A stretch of DNA of 46,502 bases from an uncultured Woeseiaceae bacterium (lineage in GTDB: Bacteria > Pseudomonadota > Gammaproteobacteria > Steroidobacterales > PWYM01), in assembly GCA_964384925.1 (NCBI GenBank), contig CAYLNP010000003.1:1-46502 (forward strand), given 5' to 3'. The translations under genes were made by a program, and so were the position numbers. Below the pieces are notes generated by a model that had not been told where the DNA came from, did not search any database, and was given only the letters and a program-made list of their open reading frames with translations. Positions within the stretch are counted from its first letter, which is position 1, and each line of letters opens with the position of its first letter. Shown here one piece after another: positions 1 through 9,460 of the stretch.

Positions 1-61
1 GCAGCGCAAACTCGACGGCCGGCGTACCGAAATCGCACACGGGTGTTTCCATTCTCGCCAT
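1..61 (-). CDS. 5' end (about 20 codons) of an unidentified CDS running off the left edge
   Basis: Reverse strand reads AGGAGG-catcag-ATG GCG AGA ATG GAA ACA CCC GTG TGC GAT TTC GGT... (MARMETPVCDFGTPAVEFAL) with no stop before the window edge. Strong Shine-Dalgarno lies 6 nt upstream of the ATG (complement of 59-61). Too short to assign a family. Confidence 0.4.
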   Translation of the reverse strand, partial: MARMETPVCDFGTPAVEFAL

Positions 62-211
62 CTGATGCCTCCTGGTGAGCGTTCGGCCTCTGACTCTACC
101 GTGGCACACGGCGCTCGCCAACCAGCCTCTCAGGTGAGATTATCGGCACAGGCATGCATACCCGAGCGTGTATGCCGTTGACGGCCCGGTCTGGAAGCAA
201 GGGAGGATGTC

Positions 212-973
212 ATGACGCAGGCGGCAACAGCGCTGAGGCAGCGGATCTCCGAGGAAGAATGGTCGCTGCGGGTGAATCTTGCGGCGTGCTACCGGCTGGT
301 GGCGCTCTACGGTTGGGACGATCTCATCTTCACGCACATCTCCGCACGGCTGCCCGGCAGCCACGATGCCTTTCTGGTCAACCCCTACGGCCACATGTTC
401 GAGGAGATAACCGCCTCAAGCCTCGTCAAGGTGGGCCTGGATGGTCAGGTGATCGAAGGCGAAGCCTCGGTCAACCCGGCAGGATTCACCATCCACAGCG
501 CGATCCATGCCGCCCGGCCCGATGTCGAGTGCGTGATCCATCTGCACACCTGCGCAGGTGTTGCCGTATCGGCGCAGGAGGCTGGGCTGCTGCCGATCAG
601 TCAGTTCGCGCTGTTCCCGCTCGCCTCACTGGGCTACCACGACTATGAGGGGGTGGCCCTCAACGACGCCGAGAAGCCTCGCCTGGTCGCGGACCTGGGT
701 GAACACAACGTGATGATCCTGCGCAATCACGGCACGCTGGCGGTAGGCGCCTCGATCGCTGATGCGTTTCTGGCGATCTACGTGCTGGAGCGGGCGTGCG
801 AGACGCAGGTCGCCGCGCAGGCAGGCGGGGGTGCGCTACGCCAGGTGCCAGAGCCGATCGTGCGTGGCATTCGCGCCCAGGCGCGACAGGTGACCGCCGG
901 GCTGGGCGGGAAGCTTGCCTGGCCGGCCCTGCTTCGCCGCCTCAACCGGCTCGACCCCTCTTACCAGCACTGA
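212..973 (+). CDS. class II aldolase/adducin family protein
   Basis: 253-aa ORF. GGGAGG sits 5 nt upstream of the ATG at 212. The sequence has the family pattern (LAACYRL..., His-rich metal region IHLHTCAG, ILRNHGTLAVG). Confidence 0.85.
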   Translation: MTQAATALRQRISEEEWSLRVNLAACYRLVALYGWDDLIFTHISARLPGSHDAFLVNPYGHMFEEITASSLVKVGLDGQVIEGEASVNPAGFTIHSAIHAARPDVECVIHLHTCAGVAVSAQEAGLLPISQFALFPLASLGYHDYEGVALNDAEKPRLVADLGEHNVMILRNHGTLAVGASIADAFLAIYVLERACETQVAAQAGGGALRQVPEPIVRGIRAQARQVTAGLGGKLAWPALLRRLNRLDPSYQH

Positions 974-2346
974 TGCTGGCCAACTTCGGCCTGCTGCTGG
1001 CGCTGGCCCTGCTCATCGGCCTGGTGCTGCGCGGCACGAACGTCATTCTGGCCTCGCTGATGGCGGCGCTCGTGGTCGCGGTCTCCAACGGACTGCCGGT
1101 CACCGACAGCCTGCTGACGCACTACGCGACCGGTCCTGCCGGCGCTTTCACGTTTGCCGGCCAGTTCTTTCTGATCTTCATTGCCGGCGCAGTCTTCGGC
1201 AAGGTCATGGCCGAAGGTCGCGCAACCCACAGCATTGCCGTGCTGTTCGTCTCCCTGCTTGGTCGTGCGCGCGTGCTGTGGGTCATCATGCTGGCCTGTG
1301 CACTGCTGACCTACGGGGGCGTGGTGGTTTTCGTGGTGATCTTCACCATTTATCCGCTGGCGCTCGAACTCGTGCGCGACGCCAACCTTCCGAAACGCCT
1401 GGTGGCAGGCGCGGCGGCACTGGGTGCCGGCACCTTCACGATGACGGCGCTGCCCGGCACACCCTCCATCCACAACGTCATCGCTGCGCGCGGGCTCGGC
1501 ACCGATCTTTTCGCCGCACCGCTGCTCGGGCTGCTGGCCGCCGCGATCATGGTCGTGCTTGGCATGGCCCACCTGGAGCGTGAACGCCGGCGCGCCATTG
1601 CACGGGGCGAAGGTTTCGATCCGGCACCCCACGAAGAGCACCACGGGCCCGCGGCGCAGGCAGGTGAACTACCGCACTGGGGCCTCGCAGTGCTGCCGTT
1701 GCTGGTGGTGCTCACAATCATCATCGTGCCGCGTCTGCTGACGATGATGCTGCCGCCCGACAGTACGTCTGCGGCAGCGCGCGTCGCGGCCTTCGCCGCA
1801 AGTCAGCCGGTATTCTGGCCGAGTCTGGCACTGGCGGTGGGCAGCCTGCTTGCGCTGGTGGTGTTTCCGCGGCTGGCCGGCGAGCGTCTGTCAAGCCTCG
1901 GGCGCGGCACCAACGATGCGATCCTGCCGATCATGAACACGGCAGCAATCATCGGCTTCGGCGGTGTGGTGGTACAGACCGGTGGCTTCGCGCAGTTTGC
2001 AGCGATGGTGGTCGACAGCGCAGGGCCGCCGCTGCTGTCGGTCTTCCTGTCGATCAGCACTGTGGCCGCCATCACCGGTTCGGCCTCCGGCGGGCTGCAG
2101 ATCTTCATGGCCTCACTGGCGCCTGGCTACCTGGAGATGGGTATCGCACCCGAGGTGCTGCACCGGATCGCCACGCTGGCCTCGGGCGGGCTGGATTCGT
2201 TGCCGCACAGCGGCGCGGTGGTCGTGATGATGACCATCATGAGCCTGTCCTATCGCAAGGCCTACCGCGACATTGCGGTGGTGACCATCCTCGTGCCGGT
2301 CGCGGCGACTTTGGTGGTGATCGGCGTAGCGGGGCTGACGGGCTGA
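973..2346 (+). CDS. GntP-family (gluconate/acid-sugar:H+) permease
   Basis: The ORF-track entry 796-2346 has an Arg/Gly-rich N-terminal extension that overlaps the aldolase. The hydrophobic protein begins at MLANFGLLLALALL, ATG 973, overlapping the aldolase TGA (971-973) as TGATG. It is multi-TM with GntP-like GSASGG and LPHSG motifs. Confidence 0.85.
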   Translation: MLANFGLLLALALLIGLVLRGTNVILASLMAALVVAVSNGLPVTDSLLTHYATGPAGAFTFAGQFFLIFIAGAVFGKVMAEGRATHSIAVLFVSLLGRARVLWVIMLACALLTYGGVVVFVVIFTIYPLALELVRDANLPKRLVAGAAALGAGTFTMTALPGTPSIHNVIAARGLGTDLFAAPLLGLLAAAIMVVLGMAHLERERRRAIARGEGFDPAPHEEHHGPAAQAGELPHWGLAVLPLLVVLTIIIVPRLLTMMLPPDSTSAAARVAAFAASQPVFWPSLALAVGSLLALVVFPRLAGERLSSLGRGTNDAILPIMNTAAIIGFGGVVVQTGGFAQFAAMVVDSAGPPLLSVFLSISTVAAITGSASGGLQIFMASLAPGYLEMGIAPEVLHRIATLASGGLDSLPHSGAVVVMMTIMSLSYRKAYRDIAVVTILVPVAATLVVIGVAGLTG

Positions 2347-2384
2347 CCGTCTCTCGGTCGCCCTGTCGCCGACCACCCGGTCGG

Positions 2385-2393
2385 TGATAAAGT
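2385..2393 (+). promoter_or_regulatory. candidate extended -10 promoter (TG-a-TAAAGT) for the SRP RNA
   Basis: TGATAAAGT at 2385-2393 ends 5-7 nt upstream of the predicted SRP RNA 5' end (2399). The -35 region (GTCGCC) is weak. Confidence 0.35.
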
Positions 2394-2398
2394 TGTAC

Positions 2399-2514
<116 letters not shown>

Positions 2515-2640
2515 TTGAATCTTTGAGTGTCCGTCCAGGCAATTCCGGGCTCGCGCCGCCGGGCAGGGCGGGCCGGGATATCGGCGCCGGGATGTCACCA
2601 AGCGAATGATCCAGTGTTCTACTGATCCCCGGACCGGCGG

Positions 2641-4386
2641 ATGAGCTATACGGTCCTCGCACGCAAGTGGCGCCCCCGGCAGTTCGACGAGATGATCGGC
2701 CAGGAGCATGTGCTCCGCGCGCTGATCAACTCACTGGACAACGATCGGCTGCATCACGCCTACCTGTTCACCGGTACCCGCGGCGTGGGCAAGACGACCG
2801 TTGCGCGTGTGCTCGCCAAGGCGTTGAACTGCGAGACTGGTATCACCGCGCGGCCGTGCGGCAAGTGTCGCGCCTGCACCGAGATCGATCGTGGTCGATT
2901 CGTCGACCTGATCGAGGTGGATGCCGCTTCGCGCACCAAGGTGGATGACACGCGCGAGCTGCTCGACAATGTGCAGTACGCACCCACCAGCGGCCGGTTC
3001 AAGGTGTACCTGATCGACGAGGTGCACATGCTCTCCACGCACTCCTTCAACGCCTTGCTCAAAACTCTGGAGGAGCCGCCACCGCATGTGAAGTTTCTGC
3101 TGGCGACCACCGACCCGCAGAAATTGCCCGTCACCGTGCTGTCGCGCTGTCTGCAGTTCAATCTCAAGCGCCTGCAACCCGCCGCACTCGTTGCGCATCT
3201 GCAGCGCCTGTGTGGTGAGGAGGGTGTGGCCTGCGAGGCGCGTGCGCTGGAGCTGATTGCCGCCTCGGCGCAGGGCAGCGTGCGCGACAGTCTGAGCCTG
3301 CTCGACCAGGCGATCGCCTACGGCGGCGGCAAGGTCACGGATACCGACGTGGCCGAGATGCTCGGCACGATCGATCGCGACCAGGTGCTGGCCATCGTGC
3401 AGGCACTCGCAGCGCAGGATGGACGCGCGGTCCTGGCCCAGGTCGCGGCCATGGACGAACGCGCGCCTGATTACGCCGAAGGTCTGCAGGCATTGGCCTC
3501 GCTGCTGCAGCGCATTGCCGTCATGCAGCTCGTGGATCCGGCCCTGGAGGAAGGGCCTGAGCGGGCAGCGCTCGCAACACTGGCCACGCAGATGCCGGCC
3601 GAAGAGGTGCAGCTGTGCTACCAGATCGCGTTGCTCGGGCGCCGTGAACTGGCGCTGGCCGCAGACCAGCGCGGCGCCTTCGAGATGACGCTGCTGCGTA
3701 TGCTGGCGATGCGCCCGGCCGGTGGGGCGTCCATGGTGGCGGGGCGAGGCTCAGAGGCGCCGCCGGCGCGAGCGGCTGACCGCGCCGGTGGTGCTGCGAG
3801 CCCCCGCGGCCGCGCAGCGGCGCCGCCGCCGCCGGAGGGCGGGGTGCCGTCCGGCGGCAGTGTTCACCACTCGCGTCCGGTGATCAGGTCCAGATCCTTG
3901 CCGCAGGCCGCGGCGGGCGAGGGCAGCGCAAGCGGGGCGGCAAGTCCTGCAAGGAGCGCGACCCAGCCTGCACCGCCGGCACCGCTGGAGCCTGGTGAGG
4001 CTGTCGACTGGCGCCGCCTGATCCATTCGGCTGGACTACGCGGCGCCGCCTTGCAGCTGGCCAACCATTGCGCATTGCTGCGCTGCGAGGGTTCAACGTG
4101 GTATCTGGCGCTGGACGACAGCGGTGCGCACATGAACACCGGCAATATCCGCGCCAAGCTGGAACACGGATTGGGAGGCTACCTGGGCCGGCCGGTGACG
4201 GTGCGTATCAGCAGTGAAGTTGCCTCTGCGCCCACGCCGGCCCATCTCGAGGCGCGCGAACGCGATGAGCGCCTGCGCGCCGCGCGTGACGCGATCAAGG
4301 CCGATCCGAACGTGCAGGCGCTGCAGAAGACCTTCGGTGCCACGCTCGATCTCAATTCCGTGGTGCCTGTACAGCGAAAGGAATAG
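2641..4386 (+). CDS. dnaX: DNA polymerase III subunit gamma/tau
   Basis: 581 aa. N-terminus MSYTVLARKWRPRQFDEMIGQEHV, Walker A GTRGVGKTT, Zn module CGKCRACTEI, SRC motif LSRCLQF, and a Pro/Ala/Gly-rich linker before the tau C-terminal domains. Confidence 0.95.
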   Translation: MSYTVLARKWRPRQFDEMIGQEHVLRALINSLDNDRLHHAYLFTGTRGVGKTTVARVLAKALNCETGITARPCGKCRACTEIDRGRFVDLIEVDAASRTKVDDTRELLDNVQYAPTSGRFKVYLIDEVHMLSTHSFNALLKTLEEPPPHVKFLLATTDPQKLPVTVLSRCLQFNLKRLQPAALVAHLQRLCGEEGVACEARALELIAASAQGSVRDSLSLLDQAIAYGGGKVTDTDVAEMLGTIDRDQVLAIVQALAAQDGRAVLAQVAAMDERAPDYAEGLQALASLLQRIAVMQLVDPALEEGPERAALATLATQMPAEEVQLCYQIALLGRRELALAADQRGAFEMTLLRMLAMRPAGGASMVAGRGSEAPPARAADRAGGAASPRGRAAAPPPPEGGVPSGGSVHHSRPVIRSRSLPQAAAGEGSASGAASPARSATQPAPPAPLEPGEAVDWRRLIHSAGLRGAALQLANHCALLRCEGSTWYLALDDSGAHMNTGNIRAKLEHGLGGYLGRPVTVRISSEVASAPTPAHLEARERDERLRAARDAIKADPNVQALQKTFGATLDLNSVVPVQRKE

Positions 4387-4417
4387 TTTTGACTCATACA
4401 CATAGGGAGCTTTGCTG

Positions 4418-4741
4418 ATGAAAGGTGGACTTGGTGGACTGATGAAGCAGGCCCAGGAGATGCAGGCCAACATGGAGCGTGCGCAGCAGGAGCTCGCCGA
4501 GATGATGGTGGTGGGGGAGTCGGGCGGCGGCATGGTCAAGGTGCACATGAGCTGCAAGCATGAGGTGCGGAACGTCGAGATCGATCAGAGCCTTATGGGT
4601 GATGATCGCGACATGCTCGAGGATTTGATAGCGGCGGCGTGCAACGATGCTGCGGGCCGGGTGGCGCGCACGACCCAGGAGAAGTTTGCCGGCATGACCG
4701 CCGGCCTGAACCTGCCGGGTGGCATGAAGTTGCCATTTTAG
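4418..4741 (+). CDS. ybaB: YbaB/EbfC family nucleoid-associated protein
   Basis: [26 protein letters not shown]... is the typical family N-terminus. AGGGAG lies 8 nt upstream of ATG 4418. The ORF track starts at TTG 4412. Conserved dnaX-ybaB-recR order. Confidence 0.9.
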   Translation: MKGGLGGLMKQAQEMQANMERAQQELAEMMVVGESGGGMVKVHMSCKHEVRNVEIDQSLMGDDRDMLEDLIAAACNDAAGRVARTTQEKFAGMTAGLNLPGGMKLPF

Positions 4742-4778
4742 ATGAAGTTGTAATTTTTCTTATTATCAAAGGCCTGTA

Positions 4779-5405
4779 GTGAGTTTCTCACCGCTATTGA
4801 AAGAACTGGTCGAGGCGCTGCGCGTGCTCCCCGGGGTCGGCCGAAAGTCCGCCCAGCGCATGGCCTTCCACCTGCTGGAGCGCGATCGAGGAGGCGCCCG
4901 GCGTCTCGCGGACGGGCTGCAGGCGGCCGTCGAGCGCGTGGGTCATTGCTCGCGCTGCCGCATGCTCACCGAGGAGCCGGTCTGCGGCGTCTGCCGTTCG
5001 GCTTCGCGTGACAGCCGAACGGTGTGCGTAGTGGAAACCCCGGCCGACGTGCTCGCCATCGAGGATTCGGGGGCCTATCAGGGGCATTACTTCGTGCTGA
5101 TGGGGCATCTCTCGCCGCTGGATGGTATCGGACCCGACCAGCTGGGCCTCGATCAGCTGGCGCGCCGGCTGGCCGAGGAGCAGATCGAGGAACTCATACT
5201 CGCCACCGGGACGACTGTGGAGGGTGATGCAACGGCGCAGCTCGTCGCCGAACTGGCCGCCCGTCACGGCGTCGCAGCATCGCGTATCGCCCACGGCGTG
5301 CCGATCGGCGGCGATCTTGAGTACGTCGATGCCGGGACGCTGTCGCGTGCGCTCACGGGCCGTCTTCGGCTGCGGCGTGACGTGGCCGGTACGGAAGAGA
5401 TCTGA
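4779..5405 (+). CDS. recR: recombination mediator RecR
   Basis: GTG start. (M)[32 protein letters not shown] helix-hairpin-helix, C4 zinc finger [16 protein letters not shown], and a Toprim region. Confidence 0.95.
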   Translation: MSFSPLLKELVEALRVLPGVGRKSAQRMAFHLLERDRGGARRLADGLQAAVERVGHCSRCRMLTEEPVCGVCRSASRDSRTVCVVETPADVLAIEDSGAYQGHYFVLMGHLSPLDGIGPDQLGLDQLARRLAEEQIEELILATGTTVEGDATAQLVAELAARHGVAASRIAHGVPIGGDLEYVDAGTLSRALTGRLRLRRDVAGTEEI

Positions 5406-5435
5406 GAGCCTGCGCAGATGGCGAAGGAGAGCGAG

Positions 5436-5798
5436 ATGAACCCCCTTGATGCCGATCCGGAGTGCCTGTTCTGTCGCATTGTCGCCGGTGAGATTCCGGC
5501 CGAGCGGCTCTACCAGGATGACGCGGTCATCGCATTCCGCGACGTCAATCCGCAGGCACCGTTTCACTGTCTGGTCATTCCGCGACGACACATCGCCACT
5601 CTCAACGACGTGACCCCTGACGAAGCCGAGCTCGTGGGTCGGCTGCTGGTGGTTGCTGCGCGAATCGCATCGGAACATGGCCACGCCGAGGATGGTTACC
5701 GGGTGGCGATGAATGCCAACCACCACGGCGGGCAGTCCGTTTACCATATTCATCTGCATGTGCTGGCGGGTCGGCAGATGAGCTGGCCGCCCGGCTGA
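5436..5798 (+). CDS. histidine triad (HIT) family nucleotide hydrolase
   Basis: CLFCRIVAGEIPA N-terminal motif and histidine triad HIHLHVLAG. AAGGAG lies 6 nt upstream of ATG 5436. An alternative upstream ATG is at 5418. Confidence 0.85.
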   Translation: MNPLDADPECLFCRIVAGEIPAERLYQDDAVIAFRDVNPQAPFHCLVIPRRHIATLNDVTPDEAELVGRLLVVAARIASEHGHAEDGYRVAMNANHHGGQSVYHIHLHVLAGRQMSWPPG

Positions 5799-5809
5799 GG
5801 GACCGGGCG

Positions 5810-6772
5810 CTACTGGCGCCTCGCCGAACGGGCCTTGGCAGAATCCAGCCGCTGCGCCAGGCGCAGCAGGTGAACGTAGCTGTCATAGCGTCGCCGGCTG
5901 ATCCGTGCATCTGCGACGGCCGCCTTGACGGCACAGTCGGGTTCACCTTCGTGCAGGCAGTCATCGAAGCGGCACTCACCCGACAGCTCGGCGATTTCCA
6001 CATAGCCGCTCTGTACGCTGGCCGGGATCGGCAGCGGCGGGCTGTAGCCGCGTACGCCCGGAAAATCGATGACCATGCCACCGTCGCCGAGTTGGTGAGC
6101 CAGCGCCGTGGTGGTCGTATGGCGGCCTTCGCCTGACTTCTCGGAGATCCGCCCGACACTCTGGCTTGCGCCCGGAATCAGCGCGTTGACCAGCGAGGAT
6201 TTGCCCACGCCGGACTGGCCCACGAAGCTGGTGATCTCGCCGGCAAGTGCTGCCGAGATCTCCGGTAATCCCGCACCGGTGGCGGCAGAGGCGGCGAACA
6301 CTCTGTAGCCGATGTTGCGGTACTCATCGAGCAGGGCCTTCAATGGCGGCGTATCGGCCCCGGCCAGGTCGATCTTGTTGTGGATGATACTGGCGCGCAT
6401 GTCGAGCAACCGGGCGGCACACAGATAGCGATCCAGCACCAGCGCGTCGGGCGGCGGCCGGCTGGAAACGATCACCAGCAGCTGCGTGAGGTTGGCCGCC
6501 AGCGGTTCAGCGCCGCCACGGCTGTCGATTCTCGCAAGACAGTTGGTCCGTGAGGCAACCGCCGTGATCCGACCCGTTGCATCCGCCCCCCCCGCGACGA
6601 AGGCGACGCGATCCCCGACCACGGGCCGGATGTCGCGACGCCCCGCCAGACAGCGGTGTCGCTGTCCGCCGGCGTCGTCGACGAGAAAATCGCGGCGGAA
6701 ACGCGCGACCACAAGCCCCGCCTGCGCCTCGCTTTTCGGGTCTTCGGGTTTGTCGGGCGCTTTCGACGGCAT
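5810..6772 (-). CDS. rsgA: ribosome small subunit-dependent GTPase A
   Basis: Circularly permuted GTPase: NKIDL (G4) precedes [14 protein letters not shown] (G1). C-terminal Zn cluster [16 protein letters not shown]. Divergent from orn. Confidence 0.9.
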   Translation of the reverse strand: MPSKAPDKPEDPKSEAQAGLVVARFRRDFLVDDAGGQRHRCLAGRRDIRPVVGDRVAFVAGGADATGRITAVASRTNCLARIDSRGGAEPLAANLTQLLVIVSSRPPPDALVLDRYLCAARLLDMRASIIHNKIDLAGADTPPLKALLDEYRNIGYRVFAASAATGAGLPEISAALAGEITSFVGQSGVGKSSLVNALIPGASQSVGRISEKSGEGRHTTTTALAHQLGDGGMVIDFPGVRGYSPPLPIPASVQSGYVEIAELSGECRFDDCLHEGEPDCAVKAAVADARISRRRYDSYVHLLRLAQRLDSAKARSARRQ

Positions 6773-6852
6773 CGCGATGGAGTATAAGCCGCAGCCGGGC
6801 TGCGCGCGCGGCCGCTATACTCGACGCTGGCACCCTTGCGAGCGAATACGAC

Positions 6853-7431
6853 ATGCAAAGCGCACAGGACAACCTGATCTGGATCGACCTGGAAATGACC
6901 GGTCTGGACCCGGAAAACGATCGCATCATCGAGATCGCCACCGTCATCACTGATCGCAACCTCAATGTGCTGGCCGAAGGCCCTGTCATGGCTATCCACC
7001 AGTCCGAGGACCGGCTCGCGGCGATGGATGAATGGAACACGAAGCAGCACGGCGGTTCGGGGCTGACCCGTCGCGTGCAGGCCAGTCACATCACCGAACA
7101 CGAAGCCGAGCTGATCACCCTGACATTCCTGCGCAACTGGGTGCCGCCGGGCGCATCGCCCATGTGTGGCAACAGCATCTGCCAGGATCGGCGATTTCTG
7201 GTGCGTTCGATGCCGCAGCTTGCAAGCTACTTTCACTATCGCAATCTGGATGTCTCGACGCTGAAGATCCTCGCTCAGCTATGGGCACCGGATGTGGCCG
7301 AGGGCTTCAGCAAGGAGGCGCGCCACCTGGCGCTGGAGGACATCCACGACTCGATCGCCGAACTCAAGCACTATCGGGAGCATCTGCTAGGAGCAACGGT
7401 CCCAATGACGGCCGGCGACTCGTCGCGGTGA
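6853..7431 (+). CDS. orn: oligoribonuclease
   Basis: [34 protein letters not shown] (DEDDh ExoI motif) and C-terminal [18 protein letters not shown]. The ORF-track start at 6577 is an Arg-rich antisense-type extension over rsgA, so ATG 6853 is used. Confidence 0.92.
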   Translation: MQSAQDNLIWIDLEMTGLDPENDRIIEIATVITDRNLNVLAEGPVMAIHQSEDRLAAMDEWNTKQHGGSGLTRRVQASHITEHEAELITLTFLRNWVPPGASPMCGNSICQDRRFLVRSMPQLASYFHYRNLDVSTLKILAQLWAPDVAEGFSKEARHLALEDIHDSIAELKHYREHLLGATVPMTAGDSSR

Positions 7432-8042
7432 GTGCGCTGCCGTATTCTGCGGCCTGCGAGCGCAATCGCGAGCCGATCCTGGCGGTGTTGCGCGGACTTT
7501 TCGCCGGTGTCCGCCAGGTGCTCGAGATCGGCTCGGGGACAGGCCAGCACGCGGTACATTTTGCTGTCGCACTGCCTCACCTCACCTGGCACACCAGCGA
7601 CGTCGTGGACAACCATGCCGGCATCAGGGGCTGGATTGCCGAACAGGGCACTGCCAATGTCCGTGATCCGCTGACAATTGAGGTGACGAGCCGTCCCTGG
7701 TCGGTGCCCGAGGGTATCGACGCTGCGTTCAGCGCCAACACGGCGCATATCATGGCCTGGCACGAAGTCTGCGACATGTTTGCCGGACTCGGCAGCCTGC
7801 TTCCGCCTGCGGCACCTTTCGGCCTCTACGGGCCATTCAAGGTCGATGGGGCATTCACCAGTGACAGCAACCGCGATTTCCACAGCGCGCTGCAGCTTCG
7901 CAACCCGCTGATGGGCATTCGTGACCTGCGTGAGCTCAGGTTGATGGCGGCTGACTGTGGCTTTGCGCTCGAGGCCGGCCATGAGCTGCCGGCGAACAAT
8001 ATGCTGCTGGTGTGGCGACGGCAACCGGCGGGTAAGTCCTAG
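7428..8042 (+). CDS. DUF938 domain-containing (SAM-methyltransferase-like) protein
   Basis: (V)[45 protein letters not shown]...[10 protein letters not shown] matches the DUF938 pattern end to end. GTG 7428 overlaps the orn stop (GTGA). The ORF-track start at 7032 lies inside orn. Confidence 0.7.
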   Translation: MSALPYSAACERNREPILAVLRGLFAGVRQVLEIGSGTGQHAVHFAVALPHLTWHTSDVVDNHAGIRGWIAEQGTANVRDPLTIEVTSRPWSVPEGIDAAFSANTAHIMAWHEVCDMFAGLGSLLPPAAPFGLYGPFKVDGAFTSDSNRDFHSALQLRNPLMGIRDLRELRLMAADCGFALEAGHELPANNMLLVWRRQPAGKS

Positions 8043-8310
8043 TCCTCAGTCGGGTGGGGTTGTGCATTGACAGACTCCTTGCGATGGGTTCAGCAAGACA
8101 GTACGCAAGCCGCGCGCCACCAAGTCGGGTTCTTATAAATCATACAGATAGGAAGTTTTCTTGACACAGGATATCGCTCCAGGAGGCGCCTGATCCGTGT
8201 CAGGTCCGCACATGCGCGGCAATTCGTTTGCCCTGGCGATTTACTCGTCGACGCCCCAGCGCCGGTAATGGGTCGGCCCATCGTGCTTTCCGCACGAGCG
8301 AGCCGGTGTG

Positions 8311-8703
8311 TCACACGGAAAGCGCAAACAGCAGCACGGTGACTATCAGACCGACGAGCCAGACCAGCGAGCGAAGCGTCGAAAGATCTGCCATGTAGAG
8401 GAATCCGTAGGCCACGCGAGCCACGACGAAAATCACGGCCAACAGATCGATCGTACCTTGGGCGAGATTGCCGATCTGGTGAGCGATGATGATGCCGGCG
8501 GCAAAAGGCGGAAAGGCTTCCAGCGCATTCTGTTGCGCCCAGTTGGCCCGAGCAGGCCAGCCCTCTAGTCGATTGAGATAGTCGCGCGGGGCGTCGTTGT
8601 CGTAGCGGCCCGCGCCGCTGCGCACGCCACCTGCCTTGGCAAAGCCCGTCCACACGATCGGCATGAACATCGAGATCAGGACGCACCAGTAAGCCAGGGT
8701 CAT
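8311..8703 (-). CDS. MAPEG family membrane protein
   Basis: MTLAYWCVLISMFMPIVW... is a roughly 130-aa multi-TM protein with the NALEAFPPFAAGIIIA motif typical of MAPEG. GGAGA lies 6 nt upstream of ATG 8703. Confidence 0.75.
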   Translation of the reverse strand: MTLAYWCVLISMFMPIVWTGFAKAGGVRSGAGRYDNDAPRDYLNRLEGWPARANWAQQNALEAFPPFAAGIIIAHQIGNLAQGTIDLLAVIFVVARVAYGFLYMADLSTLRSLVWLVGLIVTVLLFALSV

Positions 8704-8839
8704 TTCTTGTCTCCACAAAACCAGCACGGGGTTGCCTGTCGACCGGCGACAAAGGCACGGGCGGGATGCCGGCGCAGGATACGTCCCGGCGCGAAATGTT
8801 GCTACACTCGCGTGCGTTTACCGCTGACGGAAGACCACC

Positions 8840-9460
8840 ATGTACCGAGTGTCCCTGTTCGCCGCAGTCATCTGGCTGGTGATGTCGGCGTTGCCCGCGA
8901 AGGCCGATGAACTGGTAGTGCCCACCGCCTGTGACCTGATGGCCGCCCACCCGTCGGATCCGGACAAGATCGTCGATGGGCTGAGTCAGGCGAGAATCCT
9001 GCCCAACATAGATGCCACGATCGAGGCCTGTCGGCGCGATGTGGAGACCCACGGCGATGTGCCACGTCTGGTGTACTACCTCGGTCGCGTGCTGTTCTAT
9101 GCCGGTGAGTTCCAGGAGGGCATCGGCTACGTCAACCGGGCCGCTGACATGGGCCATCGCCAGTCGCAATTCGTCTCGGCGTATGTCTATTTCGATGGCG
9201 TGCCCGGCGCGATCCCGGCAGACGCCTGCAGGGCCCTGGAGCTGTGGCGCGACGCAGCCGCGCGGGGGCACTATGCCGCAAGTCTGACCGTCGCGCGCCA
9301 CGCGCTGGCGGGACGTTTCGCTGCCTGTGAGGATGTGCCATCCATGGCGGACATGCATGGCTGGGTGGAGATGGCCGCCGAGGCCGACCAGGCCAGTGAC
9401 TTCTACCACGGTCTGCTCAACGGGCTTTTGCTGGAGCTGCTGCAAAGCGACGCCTCGTGA
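8840..9460 (+). CDS. secreted Sel1-like repeat protein
   Basis: Signal peptide MYRVSLFAAVIWLVMSALPAKA. It continues with ACDLMAAHPSDPDK and repeated A..G...A motifs (AADMGHRQSQF, AAARGHYAASL) resembling Sel1/TPR repeats. Confidence 0.55.
   Translation: MYRVSLFAAVIWLVMSALPAKADELVVPTACDLMAAHPSDPDKIVDGLSQARILPNIDATIEACRRDVETHGDVPRLVYYLGRVLFYAGEFQEGIGYVNRAADMGHRQSQFVSAYVYFDGVPGAIPADACRALELWRDAAARGHYAASLTVARHALAGRFAACEDVPSMADMHGWVEMAAEADQASDFYHGLLNGLLLELLQSDAS

Noticed and set aside
796-972. N-terminal extensions in the ORF track. Affected entries are 796-2346, 6577-7431, 7032-8042, 14991-16040, 16056-17762, 31872-33359, 37248-38420, 39504-41336, 44450-45223, 44974-46041 and 34697-36301.
   Set aside because: The extensions overlap neighbouring genes and are Arg/Ala/Pro-rich. 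Family-typical N-termini with Shine-Dalgarno support occur at internal starts, which I used in the feature table.
2641-4386. Looked for a dnaX programmed -1 frameshift site (A AAA AAG type) or a poly-A slippage tract that would give a separate gamma subunit.
   Set aside because: No A-rich heptamer or homopolymer run exists anywhere in the gene. The linker region (about 3700-3990) is uniformly GC-rich, so the sequence gives no support for frameshifting.
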